64,000 nucleotides of DNA from Phycisphaeraceae bacterium (GTDB taxonomy: Bacteria > Planctomycetota > Phycisphaerae > Phycisphaerales > Phycisphaeraceae): assembly GCA_963674705.1 (NCBI GenBank), contig OY771506.1, positions 3,328,001 to 3,392,000 of the forward strand, in the 5' to 3' direction. Within the stretch, counting starts at the first letter, position 1. Each line of letters begins with the position of its first letter. The notes beneath the pieces were generated by a model. The model saw only the letters and a list, made by a program, of their open reading frames with translations, was not told the DNA's origin and searched no databases. The position numbers and the translations under genes are program-made. Of the stretch, positions 29,286-38,691 are shown one piece after another.

Positions 29286-29551
29286 GGGTTCATCCTTTCG
29301 ATCATGCCCATTATAGCCGGGCTGAAACACCACGCATCGGCTGTCTGAATCTTATCAAGGTTAACACCAGAGTCCGCCTAAACCGATTAACGCCATCATG
29401 CAAATCGACAGTATGTACTATGTCAGTTTTCCACCACTCGATCGGCGCACAACCCTGTCGTGAATTGCACTCGTGCGCACGGACCCGGTATTTGCCGGCT
29501 GTCATCTCAGGCCTGATGAGCCTTGTGCGCATCAACAAGACTATGGCATCA

Positions 29552-30607
29552 CTATTTCTTTCGGTGCCAGCCCTCGAACGCCGCGCCGTCGCCCGGGCCG
29601 GGTAGCTTCGGCCAGCCGTCTGCATCCCATTGCAGTTCGCGGATGGCGAGCATGGGTTTGCCATCCTGCGATCCGTCATAGAAGTGGACACTGACGTACT
29701 GCTTGCCATCAACATCGTTAAGTACGCCGACGTGTCCCGGACCGATGAAGTTTGGTTCTTCAGTACCGAGGAAAGGCGAGCCTTCGCCGTCGATCAGCTT
29801 CTTGCCGTCATTGTCGATGTAAGGCCCGGTGATGTCGCGGCTGCGGCCGACACGGATGTTGTACGTGCTTTCCATCCCGCTGCAACATCGGCCCCAGTTG
29901 ACGAAGAGATAGTAGTAACCATCGTGGAAAGTCATCGCTGCGGCTTCGATGGATTGGTACCACGCCAGCGCGTGCATGGGCGAATCTTCCGCGATACGTT
30001 TGCCGGTCTTCGGATCGAGTTCGATGAGTTTGATGCCGGACCAGAACGAGCCGAACACCATCCACATGCGGCCATCTTGATCGAAGAGGATCGCCGGGTC
30101 GATCGCGTTGTAGTCGTTTGCTTCAGTGGTCTGGATGACGATACCTTCATCGGTCCAGCCGAAGTTGTCTGCTTCGGTGTCGAGCGTAGGCGAAGTAGCC
30201 AGCGCGATGGCGGAGGTACGCTTGCCCATCGCGGAGACGGAGTAGTACACCATGTACTTGCCATCATGGTAGATCACATCCGGTGCCCAGAAGAAGCCTT
30301 TCTGACTCGGCACGACATCGGTGATCCACTTGGGGTATTCACCTTTCTTGAAGATCGAGCCGGCGCGATGCCAATGAATAAGATCATCGGAGTAAGCGAC
30401 GATCACGCCGGGCCCCGTACCGAAGACCCAGTACCGATCGCCTTGCTTGATGATGGTGGACGGGTCGTGGATGCCCAGGTCGACCTTACCCGCCTTGGCG
30501 AGTTGTTCGCTGACGTCGTCCGCATTGGAAGGCTCGGCCGCACTCGCGAGGCTCATGATACAAAAGGCGATTGGCAAGATCAGGGCGATGTGGGTGAGGA
30601 TGGTCAT
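29552..30607 (-). CDS. GH43 endo-1,5-alpha-L-arabinanase-like glycoside hydrolase
   Basis: Signal peptide; IHDPS, WAPDV, NAIDP, FGSFWSGI, IEAA, GRCCSG, GPGH. Confidence 0.9.
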   Translation of the reverse strand: MTILTHIALILPIAFCIMSLASAAEPSNADDVSEQLAKAGKVDLGIHDPSTIIKQGDRYWVFGTGPGVIVAYSDDLIHWHRAGSIFKKGEYPKWITDVVPSQKGFFWAPDVIYHDGKYMVYYSVSAMGKRTSAIALATSPTLDTEADNFGWTDEGIVIQTTEANDYNAIDPAILFDQDGRMWMVFGSFWSGIKLIELDPKTGKRIAEDSPMHALAWYQSIEAAAMTFHDGYYYLFVNWGRCCSGMESTYNIRVGRSRDITGPYIDNDGKKLIDGEGSPFLGTEEPNFIGPGHVGVLNDVDGKQYVSVHFYDGSQDGKPMLAIRELQWDADGWPKLPGPGDGAAFEGWHRKK

Positions 30608-30761
30608 CGTGCGGTTATTCCTGATGTATTTGCCTATGACAAAGTTGCGATGCACTACCACTGCGCTTGTGCAACAGTGTATCACGCCACGATGTAAAGA
30701 AGCGTTTCAGGCTACGGATATTGAGGTAAAAGGTGTCTGCCTCTTGTGTGATCGTTTGTCA

Positions 30762-31667
30762 TCAACCACCAGCGAATACCGTATCCAGATACAGCTTGCG
30801 TACATCTTCGGCTTTGATGTCCGTCGTGACTTCGATGTGCGGCGCATCTGCTGTGGTGATGGTCATGCCACGGGTGTAATCTCCGCGGGTCTCGACACGG
30901 ACGGGCATCATCTGCGTGACATAAAGCGAGTTGTCCAGCGCCCATGCAAAGGGGAACATGTCGTACATCACCGGCCCGGGTTTACGGCTTTGCGCCGGGT
31001 GCCAGAGATCGATGGCTTTACCAAGTGCCCGGCAAACTTCGGACGCGTGATTGCGGAAGATGTCGCATTCCTTCATGGTGAAGAAGAACTGTTTGGTAAC
31101 GCTCCACGTGCCCATGGTGATGGGGATGCCGCTGGTCAGGACGATGTCGGAAGCGGTGGCGTCTGAGCCGACGTTGTACTCGATCATGTTCAACGACAGT
31201 TCACCGCCCATCATATAGATGGCTTTGATCTTCGATGCGATCTGCGGTTTGCGACGTAATGCGCAGGCGATATTGGTCAGCGGTGCGATGCATGCAAGGA
31301 TGATCTGGCTGGGATATTCTTCGACGGTGCGGATGATCAGGTCGATCGCGTCGCTGGCATCCGGCGTTTCGGGGATGTCCGGGCCGGCAAAGGCGTCGTG
31401 ATTCATGTACACCTTCATGTCGTGATGTCTGCGCATCTCTTCATCACTGACATGTCGCAAAGGGAACTGCATGCCCGCAGCGACGGGGATGTCTTCGCGT
31501 TGCTCGTAACGCAGCAACTGTTTGATCAGCCGAACGCGCCGATCGCTGGGCCAGGTCACGGTAGTGATCGCCTTGATATCAAGCTCTGGCCGACGCAATG
31601 CAAACAGGATCGCAAGCAGATCATCGATGTCGGTTCCCGGGTCGGTGTCGATCAGCAGTTTAGGCAT
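30762..31667 (-). CDS. Nucleoside hydrolase (IU-NH family)
   Basis: IDTDPGTDIDD, IAPLTNIA, MGG, EYNV..D. Confidence 0.9.
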   Translation of the reverse strand: MPKLLIDTDPGTDIDDLLAILFALRRPELDIKAITTVTWPSDRRVRLIKQLLRYEQREDIPVAAGMQFPLRHVSDEEMRRHHDMKVYMNHDAFAGPDIPETPDASDAIDLIIRTVEEYPSQIILACIAPLTNIACALRRKPQIASKIKAIYMMGGELSLNMIEYNVGSDATASDIVLTSGIPITMGTWSVTKQFFFTMKECDIFRNHASEVCRALGKAIDLWHPAQSRKPGPVMYDMFPFAWALDNSLYVTQMMPVRVETRGDYTRGMTITTADAPHIEVTTDIKAEDVRKLYLDTVFAGG

Positions 31668-32436
31668 AACGTTTATCCTTCTGTATATTCACCCCGATTG
31701 TATGCTTCGAGTAAAAGGGCTCAAAGTGCAGTTACTTTTGGTGTAAGCTGATCCTCGATCATTCAGGACAAGAGACAAGAACGAACCAGAAGAATGCGAC
31801 AACTTGGGGTATCTGCTCCAGACAGAATCTTCGATGGACGGCCAAGGTGTGATTGCACAGAATCTGCAGCGCAAGAAGTGCGGTATCGTCGAACGGTGTG
31901 CATGATAGAGCGTGGTTCATGTAACAACATTTACATCCTATTGCGTGTTTCAGGCGTCTCTACTAAACACTGAATATCCTGCGGCAAACAAAGTATTGCG
32001 TGTAACAAATCATCCTAAGCGCGATGTATTCTTTGAATACAATGCATGTGTTGTCGAATAACGATATGGAGTGAGTGTTACGTATTCTTAGTATTTACAG
32101 TGATTTACCCCTTGACGTTGTCCGCTCGCCGGGTTAACTTTTTCAATGGCCGTGAACACGATGAAGCTGATGCGCTTCGCGGCGCAGTTGGTTCTTCGTG
32201 TATCTGTGATGCGTTTAAGCTGCGAAAGCAGATCGGCATTGGCTAGGTGTTGTACCGATGGCTGTGAACACATGATCTATACTGTCAGCACCGGGTGGGG
32301 AGATTGAATCCACACTTAAAACTTACGTTTCATTCTTGATTGAATGGTTGTTTAGCGTCCGGCGCTTGTTGTGTCCGGATGCTTGAACGCGGGATGACTT
32401 TCCTTGTTTGTTTTATATTAACTGGAGGACCTGATC

Positions 32437-33099
32437 GTGAAACGAATCAACCAAGCGCTAGTTGCCTGTGGCGTCGCTGCGCTGCTGGCGGGATCGGCTT
32501 CGGGCAATATTCTTTTGAATCCGGGTTTCGAATTGGGCAGTGGCGCGGATGCGGCCGACTGGTTGGAACTGACCGGCGCCAGCGGCTCTGTCGAGCGCAG
32601 CACCGTTTCGCCACACAGCGGTGACTACCACATGTACCTGTCGTTCGATCACTTCCTCAATCCGCCGGCCGGCGCTGCTTACTTCATCGAACAGAACCAG
32701 GGCGCGAACACGATCGATAACGCAGACAACTTCAATGTCTCGTTCTATGCCAAGACGGACACGATGGACTTCACCGGCCTGAATATGTTCTTCCAGGTGC
32801 TCTGGCTCGATCAAGATGGCAGTGATGGCGGCGGCGTCAAGGGGGAGTCTCTGACATATCTCATACCCCTTGGCATCAACACAACCTACCAGCAGTTCGG
32901 CCTGAGTGATATGGATGCGCCCGATGGTTCTGACTCGTTCCTGCTGCGTATCCAACTCTCCGCCGGTGCGGTTGCTGATATCGCACAAGGTCTGTATGTC
33001 GACGATGTCGTCTTCGAGAAAGTCATCCCCGAACCGGGCACCTTCGGCCTGCTCGGGATGGGCGTGCTGGCGATGTTTACCCGTCGCCGCGGAGCATAA
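32437..33099 (+). CDS. PEP-CTERM sorting domain protein (CBM-like)
   Basis: Signal peptide, NILLNPGFE, YVDDV, C-terminal IPEPGTFGLLGMGVLAMFTRRR; RBS GGAGG. Confidence 0.9.
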   Translation: MKRINQALVACGVAALLAGSASGNILLNPGFELGSGADAADWLELTGASGSVERSTVSPHSGDYHMYLSFDHFLNPPAGAAYFIEQNQGANTIDNADNFNVSFYAKTDTMDFTGLNMFFQVLWLDQDGSDGGGVKGESLTYLIPLGINTTYQQFGLSDMDAPDGSDSFLLRIQLSAGAVADIAQGLYVDDVVFEKVIPEPGTFGLLGMGVLAMFTRRRGA

Positions 33100-33180
33100 G
33101 CAATGACACCTTCTCAGCCGATGGCTTGACGGCTGTCGGTTGAATTCAAATTGATGTTCTCCGGTTGGGTGTTCGGTCTT

Positions 33181-33221
33181 GTGTCAACCGTCTTTGCACT
33201 TCGGGTCAAAGACGGGCACCC
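33181..33221. repeat. Hairpin family D (second copy 37394-37434)
   Basis: GTGTCAACCG(T/C)CTTTGC(A/C)CTTCGGGTCAAAG(A/G)CGGGCACCC with a compensatory T-A/C-G stem change. Confidence 0.8.
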
Positions 33222-33575
33222 TGCAAGATAATCATGCGGATAGCACATCGTCAGGAGCATCGCTGATGCTTCTTTGCTGGCTGCATGACAACACAACGCT
33301 TGGCTCGCATTGCGTCGCGATGCGGCTATTAAAATGCGACGTGACAGCCGGGCCACGAGATAACGGGGGCTGGCGCCGTTTCACACACCTGACCCCGTTT
33401 CACACCTTGATCCCGTTTCACACATGCGCGCAGGCGGGGATCTGCGTACAGGGATTCATTGGGCGCGTGGATTTCCGCATGTGCGGGAATGACGGACAGA
33501 AATCATGCGAACTGCTTTGGAGGCTTGTCTCTGTTCGTGCCTATGTGGGATTCGTTTTGAATATGCGCGAAAATC

Positions 33576-34382
33576 TCACCTTCGCGATCGTAAGATGGCC
33601 AGACTGCCGAGGCTCAGCAACATCAGGGACGCGGGTTCGGGGACGGGGGACTTGAAGGCGAGGCCTTGCACACTTACACCCAAGGAGCCGACCACGGTAG
33701 CATGGCCGGTGGTGGTATTGATCGTATACAACTTGTTATCCGGTGTCTGTGATGTTTGCGCCTCAACCAAGTAGAGAATGTTGTTTCCGTTATCAAACGC
33801 CAGCCCGTTATCAACGGTTATGATACCGAGACTGCCGACCAGTGTTGCATGACCGGTGGTTGTGTCGATGGTATATAGCGAATTGGTACGGCTGTCCGAG
33901 CCATAAAGCGTGTTGGTGTTCCAGTCATACGCAAGACCCTGCATGTAACCGTTGGGCACATCGTGTGGGCCGATCAGCGTCGCTGCGCCGGTAATTTTGT
34001 CGACCTTGTAGATATTGCGATCGGTGAAACATGAGAAGTAAATCGTGTCGGTCAGGACATCGTAAGTCAGTCCGGCGGCAGAGGTGCTGACGCCCAGTGG
34101 TCCGACAGTGTGAGCGAACCCGGTGACGGTGCTGATCTTTACCAGCGTATCATCATCGCGGTCCAGGCCGTAGAGCCTGTCGCGAGCAGGGTCGTAGCAT
34201 AAGCCGGAGATACCGTAGGACCTGAACGCCCCAACCACGGTGGCTGCGCCCGTCGTCGTATCGATTTCAACTAAATTCCCGTCATGAATGGATGATCCCC
34301 ACAACACACTCGCCGAAGCAGTGGAGGATGTGACCGTGAACATAAGCATGACACAAGCCGCAGATAAAAGCATGGATTTCAT
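33576..34382 (-). CDS. PEP-CTERM sorting domain protein with beta-propeller repeats
   Basis: Repeats IDTTTGxATxVG..GLAYD; C-terminal VPEPASLMLLSLGSLAILRSRR. Confidence 0.9.
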   Translation of the reverse strand: MKSMLLSAACVMLMFTVTSSTASASVLWGSSIHDGNLVEIDTTTGAATVVGAFRSYGISGLCYDPARDRLYGLDRDDDTLVKISTVTGFAHTVGPLGVSTSAAGLTYDVLTDTIYFSCFTDRNIYKVDKITGAATLIGPHDVPNGYMQGLAYDWNTNTLYGSDSRTNSLYTIDTTTGHATLVGSLGIITVDNGLAFDNGNNILYLVEAQTSQTPDNKLYTINTTTGHATVVGSLGVSVQGLAFKSPVPEPASLMLLSLGSLAILRSRR

Positions 34383-34611
34383 AAGTCTCACTCCCCATTA
34401 GAATTGAATCAATCGCTTTTAAATCCTGAAACCGAATCACGCGGAAAAGACGCGGTAAAGGAAAGCAGGATATATGTTCATACCACAGTGTATGAATATA
34501 GTCAAGGATAATTTGCGTTCGGTATGCGCAAGGTATAATGATGCGATATGGTCGCGGCAGCGTGGCCGTGACAGGTCGGGCGGGACACTTCGGATCAGGG
34601 AGAAACCCATC

Positions 34612-35271
34612 ATGCTGGCAATGGTAAAAAGGTTGGCGGCGGTCGTTCTCGTCTTTGTATTCACAGCTTCAAGTAACGCGGCGTACTTCTCTGGCAATGC
34701 TTATTTTTCACAAGCGCCCACGAGTCAGATGGGGCCGGTCGTTTTTAACAATCTCGTGATTAATAACGGGGCTTTCAGTTTTACGGTTTCGGGGGTTCTT
34801 CAGGTGCAGGTGCCGCCGGGCGCGGTGTCGGGCACGCTGATCGAGTGGACGGTCGATCGCCCACTGGACCCGACCTATGGCAGCTCGAACATGATCACGA
34901 CCACCACGCTCAGCGGCTTCTCGCAGCCGCCGGCCTTCGGCAGCTACGGCAACACGCTGGGCAGCAGCTACAGCTACCTGGATCAGTATCCGGGCGTGTC
35001 ACAATCAACGATCCCGCTTTCCTTGACAAACGGTGCTGCTACCTGGAACCAGATCACGGTGCAGAGCACAACATTCCCGTACACATCAGCCAACGGTTTG
35101 CATTATCTGCGCCAACGGTTTGAACTGGATGGCGTGCAGTTCTCCGGTATCGGCGGCAATTGGATCATCGACCTGCCGTTGGAGACGAAGGTGGAAGTGA
35201 TCCCCGAACCGGCGACGCTGGGGGTCTTTGCGTTCGGTGTCATGGGGATGCTGTGTCGGCGGCGCAAGTAA
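34612..35271 (+). CDS. PEP-CTERM sorting domain protein
   Basis: Signal peptide; C-terminal IPEPATLGVFAFGVMGMLCRRRK; RBS GGAG upstream of ATG 34612. Confidence 0.9.
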   Translation: MLAMVKRLAAVVLVFVFTASSNAAYFSGNAYFSQAPTSQMGPVVFNNLVINNGAFSFTVSGVLQVQVPPGAVSGTLIEWTVDRPLDPTYGSSNMITTTTLSGFSQPPAFGSYGNTLGSSYSYLDQYPGVSQSTIPLSLTNGAATWNQITVQSTTFPYTSANGLHYLRQRFELDGVQFSGIGGNWIIDLPLETKVEVIPEPATLGVFAFGVMGMLCRRRK

Positions 35272-35384
35272 TCGGTTATAGATTGACAAACAGTTAATCA
35301 AGGCGGGGCCGGCCAACACCGGCTCCGCTTTGTTTATTGGTAGTTGAGCGAAAGGGGGGAGAGAACCTGATTGCTGGATCAGAT

Positions 35385-35453
35385 GTAGGTCCGGGCCTGC
35401 CCGGACAAGTATCCATCAACCTTACACCTGTGTCCGGGCAGGCCCAGACCTAC
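35385..35453. repeat. GTAG-type REP doublet (family E)
   Basis: GTAGGTCCGGGCCTGCCCGGACA ... TGTCCGGGCAGGCCCAGACCTAC. Confidence 0.85.
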
Positions 35454-35494
35454 GGAACCGCTTACTGTTGAGAGTATCGCGGATTATTCTGTGA

Positions 35495-35545
35495 TAGCTG
35501 CGTTGGGATGCATCGCAGGGTCCGCATTGCGTCGTAATATGGCTG
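35495..35545. repeat. Double-hairpin family C (other copies 33278-33328, 36127-36177)
   Basis: TAGCTGCGTTG(G/C)GA(T/C)GCA(T/A)CGCAGGG(T/C)CCGCATTGCGTCG(T/C)AAT..GGCTG. Confidence 0.8.
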
Positions 35546-35715
35546 TTATTTTGTCAGGGGGGCGGTTAAGTGATGCCGCAGACCATGCTATTTGCTATCG
35601 CATTGGAGGAGGTTATGATACGGCGTCCCGGCCTGAGCTGGGATAAGAACCGAGACGCTCGCGAAGCTCCATTGTCTGGCAGCCGACACGTCCGACTCTC
35701 ACCAGGAGTTTCATT

Positions 35716-36042
35716 GTGAAAATTTATGTAGGAAACCTCAGCTTTAACACCACGCAGGAAACCCTCGAAGACCTGTTCAGCCAGTTCGGCGAGGTCAGCG
35801 AAGTGGCGGTTGTGACAGACCGCGAGACCGGCCGGCCGCGCGGCTTCGCGTTCGTCACCATGGATGATGAAGGCGCCAAGAAGGCGATCGAAGAACTCAA
35901 CGGCAACGAGTTTGAGGGCCGCAGCCTCAACGTCAACGAAGCCAAGCCCCGCGAGCCCCGCTCCGGTGGCGGTGGCGGCGGGCGAGGCGGTTACGGCGGC
36001 GGTCGCGGCGGCGGCAACCGTGGCGGCGGCGGTCGTTATTAA
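35716..36042 (+). CDS. RRM (RNP-1) RNA-binding protein with Gly-rich tail
   Basis: KIYVGNL (RNP2), RGFAFVTM (RNP1), GGGRGGY tail; RBS AGGAG. Confidence 0.95.
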   Translation: MKIYVGNLSFNTTQETLEDLFSQFGEVSEVAVVTDRETGRPRGFAFVTMDDEGAKKAIEELNGNEFEGRSLNVNEAKPREPRSGGGGGGRGGYGGGRGGGNRGGGGRY

Positions 36043-36069
36043 TCCGCGATAATCATTGCACAACATGTT

Positions 36070-36101
36070 GCCCGTCACTTGTTAGAGTGGCGGGTATTTT
36101 C
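36070..36101 (+). terminator. Probable terminator after RRM gene
   Basis: GCCCGTCACT-loop-AGTGGCGGGT followed by ATTTT. Confidence 0.6.
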
Positions 36102-36188
36102 ATGCGCGTTATGCCATCTGCTTTCATAGCTGCGTTGCGACGCAACGCAGGGCCCGCATTGCGTCGCAATGCGGCTGGTAAATGCATA

Positions 36189-36854
36189 TTATCCGCGCCG
36201 CCAGCCCGGTCCTGCGCAGGGGGGACGTTTTCGATTGTCTTGTTGAGGATAATAAAAGACGTTTGACCATTTGGCGGGAGGTTTGGCAAGCTCCGCTATT
36301 GTTACCTTGACGGCGGACTCGGCGTCAGCGTGATTCCATGGGAGGTGGACCAGAACCTGGTACTGTGAATTCAGGTTCAGGCTAATGGAAATGCTTTGAG
36401 CGTCGATTCGGCCGGATGCCCAGGAAAACGCGAGGCCGTGTTCTTGAAGATGAGAGAAGTCGATATCTCCTATAAGCCGTTCGGCGGTTCGCTCGGTCGT
36501 TTCCCAGTCATGGTTATTCATTGCATCCGCGACAGCGGAATCGTATTGTGAACGAGAAAATGTCAGTGAGTCGACGCCACCTGTTTGGGGGTTGAAGTGA
36601 TCCCAGGTAACTGTCGTTTTATCACGCATCACATTAACGGTTGCATCACCACAACCAATGACACCACAGCCGCAGCGAGCGATTGTCAGTTCGCCGGAAC
36701 CCAGTAACGTGCTGTATTCAAAAAATTCAGGTGGGTCTATCCCCAGCATTTCACGATCGATCTGCTCAATGATATCGCGTCCGTCAACGATGATCCTGAC
36801 TTCATGATCGTTTGTCTCTTCACTGGGACGTATTGTGAATGCGATTTCATTCAT
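36189..36854 (-). CDS. Hypothetical protein with CGCGxxGC motif
   Basis: 221-aa ORF, RCGCGVIGCG; lower GC. Confidence 0.7.
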   Translation of the reverse strand: MNEIAFTIRPSEETNDHEVRIIVDGRDIIEQIDREMLGIDPPEFFEYSTLLGSGELTIARCGCGVIGCGDATVNVMRDKTTVTWDHFNPQTGGVDSLTFSRSQYDSAVADAMNNHDWETTERTAERLIGDIDFSHLQEHGLAFSWASGRIDAQSISISLNLNSQYQVLVHLPWNHADAESAVKVTIAELAKPPAKWSNVFYYPQQDNRKRPPCAGPGWRRG

Positions 36855-36964
36855 GATCGGTCAATCATTGGGTAGCCGGGGATGTTGTGATGCACATAAA
36901 TCGCTGCACGGTAGAGAGGGTATTGTAAGCGCATGATTTAAGGTTCCTGACACCTTTTCTGACC

Positions 36965-37349
36965 CGTACGTAGATCCGTCGGGATGATACGGGGCGTGTG
37001 CCGCAGAGGAATAGAAGCGATGAGGTCGAACAATGACGAGTATTGGTGGCGATACGCGCGGTTATCGGTGAATGACGGTGTGGCGCGTCAATGTGTGGCC
37101 GTGGTGGGTTGCGCTGAGAAGTATGCATTTCGTAGGGTGGGTTAAGCGAAGCGCAACCCACCAGCGTGAAGCAGTGGCGAACGTACGTAGATGTTTCGAG
37201 ATAATGCGAGGCGGGTGCCGCAGAGGAATAATGCGATGTTGTTGAACAAGGATGAGGTTTGGTTGCGAATCTCGCGGTTATCGGTGAATGACGGTGTGGC
37301 GCGTCAATGTGTGGCCGTGGTGGGTTGCGCTGCGCTTAACCCACCCTAC
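36965..37349. repeat. ~216-bp-period tandem duplication with GTAG-type REP pair (family F)
   Basis: 37057-37116 identical to 37273-37332; GTAGGGTGGGTTAAGCGAAGCGCAACCCACC at 37132-37162 with an inverted copy at 37319-37349. Confidence 0.85.
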
Positions 37350-37436
37350 AGTCGAATGAAACCCACGCTACTTGCTGTTTTGGGGGTGAGTCCGTGTCAA
37401 CCGCCTTTGCCCTTCGGGTCAAAGGCGGGCACCCGG

Positions 37437-37814
37437 CTATTTGGCATGGGAGATTAACTGTGTAAGGATTTTCTTTGTTCGAGATGACGATAGTGTCCTC
37501 TTGAGGACAGCAACAAACTTTTGTTCCGAATCGCATTGCAGTCGGCCTGGCCTTCCAGGAACACTAATTTTTAGCGGATATATATCGATTTTGTTAAAAA
37601 CTGATATCAATGTGTACTCATAATTGTTTAAACGTGGTACACGCACTACTAGTTCTGTTACAAAATCTCCATCAATTTCTTCATTTGTTACTTTACCAAT
37701 TAATAATCCATTTGTTGCTGTAGATAAAAAGTTAGCCTGTTCCTGTAATATTTGTTTTGGCGTACGGATGGGTTCAATATTGCTAAGATCACCCCACAGG
37801 TTGTTAATCGTCAT
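37437..37814 (-). CDS. Small hypothetical protein, partner of the EEP nuclease
   Basis: MTINNLWGD...TPKQILQEQANFL; AT-rich; 11-bp overlap with the upstream gene. Confidence 0.8.
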   Translation of the reverse strand: MTINNLWGDLSNIEPIRTPKQILQEQANFLSTATNGLLIGKVTNEEIDGDFVTELVVRVPRLNNYEYTLISVFNKIDIYPLKISVPGRPGRLQCDSEQKFVAVLKRTLSSSRTKKILTQLISHAK

Positions 37815-38643
37815 TTGTATTCTCCAGTAGTACGTCGAGATTGCAGATTATTGGCAAATGGTCAGATAGATCCTTTTTGTTTGGCCTGCCTGATTGCGCA
37901 AGTAGCGTATTTCCTTGGATATTCGTTATAATCTGAACGGAGTCATTTCGTAGGAAATTTAATAGTGAAGGGCGAATTATAACTTGATCAAATACATTCC
38001 AATAGTAATTTAATTCGTTGCCAGAGTTGTAAAAATATGTTCCCTGGGGAGAATTGTCATCACTACTACTGTATGCAAACCACATTGGATTATACATGAA
38101 AGTGTAAGTTTCGCCGCTAATATTACGAGATGAAGTTGCAGCGATACGTCTGTCCATGACAGCATGAAGACCTTCGGCTCCGACTATACCACTTGCAAAA
38201 GGATTCATGTTGAAATCGCCCATGATAATTGTTCTTGTGTGGCCGACTATTGCTTCTGCTTCACGCACATATCGGGCAATACGTGTACAAATATGAGTTT
38301 GATCTCTAGTGTCTTTCCAAAGCAAGCTCGATAGATGTACGCCTACAAATAAGATGCTTTCTCCTAAAGGCATATTGTAGTGCCGTATTGAAAAATGAGG
38401 CTTATCCATTATTAGCATAGTTTTTTCGATATTGAATCGTGTCAGGATCGTAAGTCTGTCTGAGATACCAATATCATTGAAATAAATTCGATCAGTATTT
38501 TGATTTATAGAATCTGTGAGATCGTGAGTTGGTATTTTGCTTTCAGCTAAAGCAAGTACATCAACGTCATGTTCTAGAGCAAACGCTGATATATGCTCAA
38601 TGGATACGTTGTTTGAAATGTTCCAGAAAGCGAATGTTGGCAT
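37804..38643 (-). CDS. Endonuclease/exonuclease/phosphatase (EEP, DNase I-like) family protein
   Basis: FWNI, LAES, VHL, MGDFN, FDQV, SDHLPI catalytic motifs; AT-rich. Confidence 0.88.
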   Translation of the reverse strand: MPTFAFWNISNNVSIEHISAFALEHDVDVLALAESKIPTHDLTDSINQNTDRIYFNDIGISDRLTILTRFNIEKTMLIMDKPHFSIRHYNMPLGESILFVGVHLSSLLWKDTRDQTHICTRIARYVREAEAIVGHTRTIIMGDFNMNPFASGIVGAEGLHAVMDRRIAATSSRNISGETYTFMYNPMWFAYSSSDDNSPQGTYFYNSGNELNYYWNVFDQVIIRPSLLNFLRNDSVQIITNIQGNTLLAQSGRPNKKDLSDHLPIICNLDVLLENTNDD

Positions 38644-38691
38644 ATTGCTGCCAGTATAATTAGTATGTTTGATATTATAACGTAGGAATAA

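Noticed and set aside
29311..29715. 134-aa ORF suggesting a frameshifted continuation of the GH43 gene
   Set aside because: The GH43 domain is already complete (WDADGWP) and the alternative frame has no recognisable domain
21977..38643. Integron cassette array explaining the accessory genes
   Set aside because: Genes are in mixed orientations, no integrase is present, and no consistent attC boxes were seen
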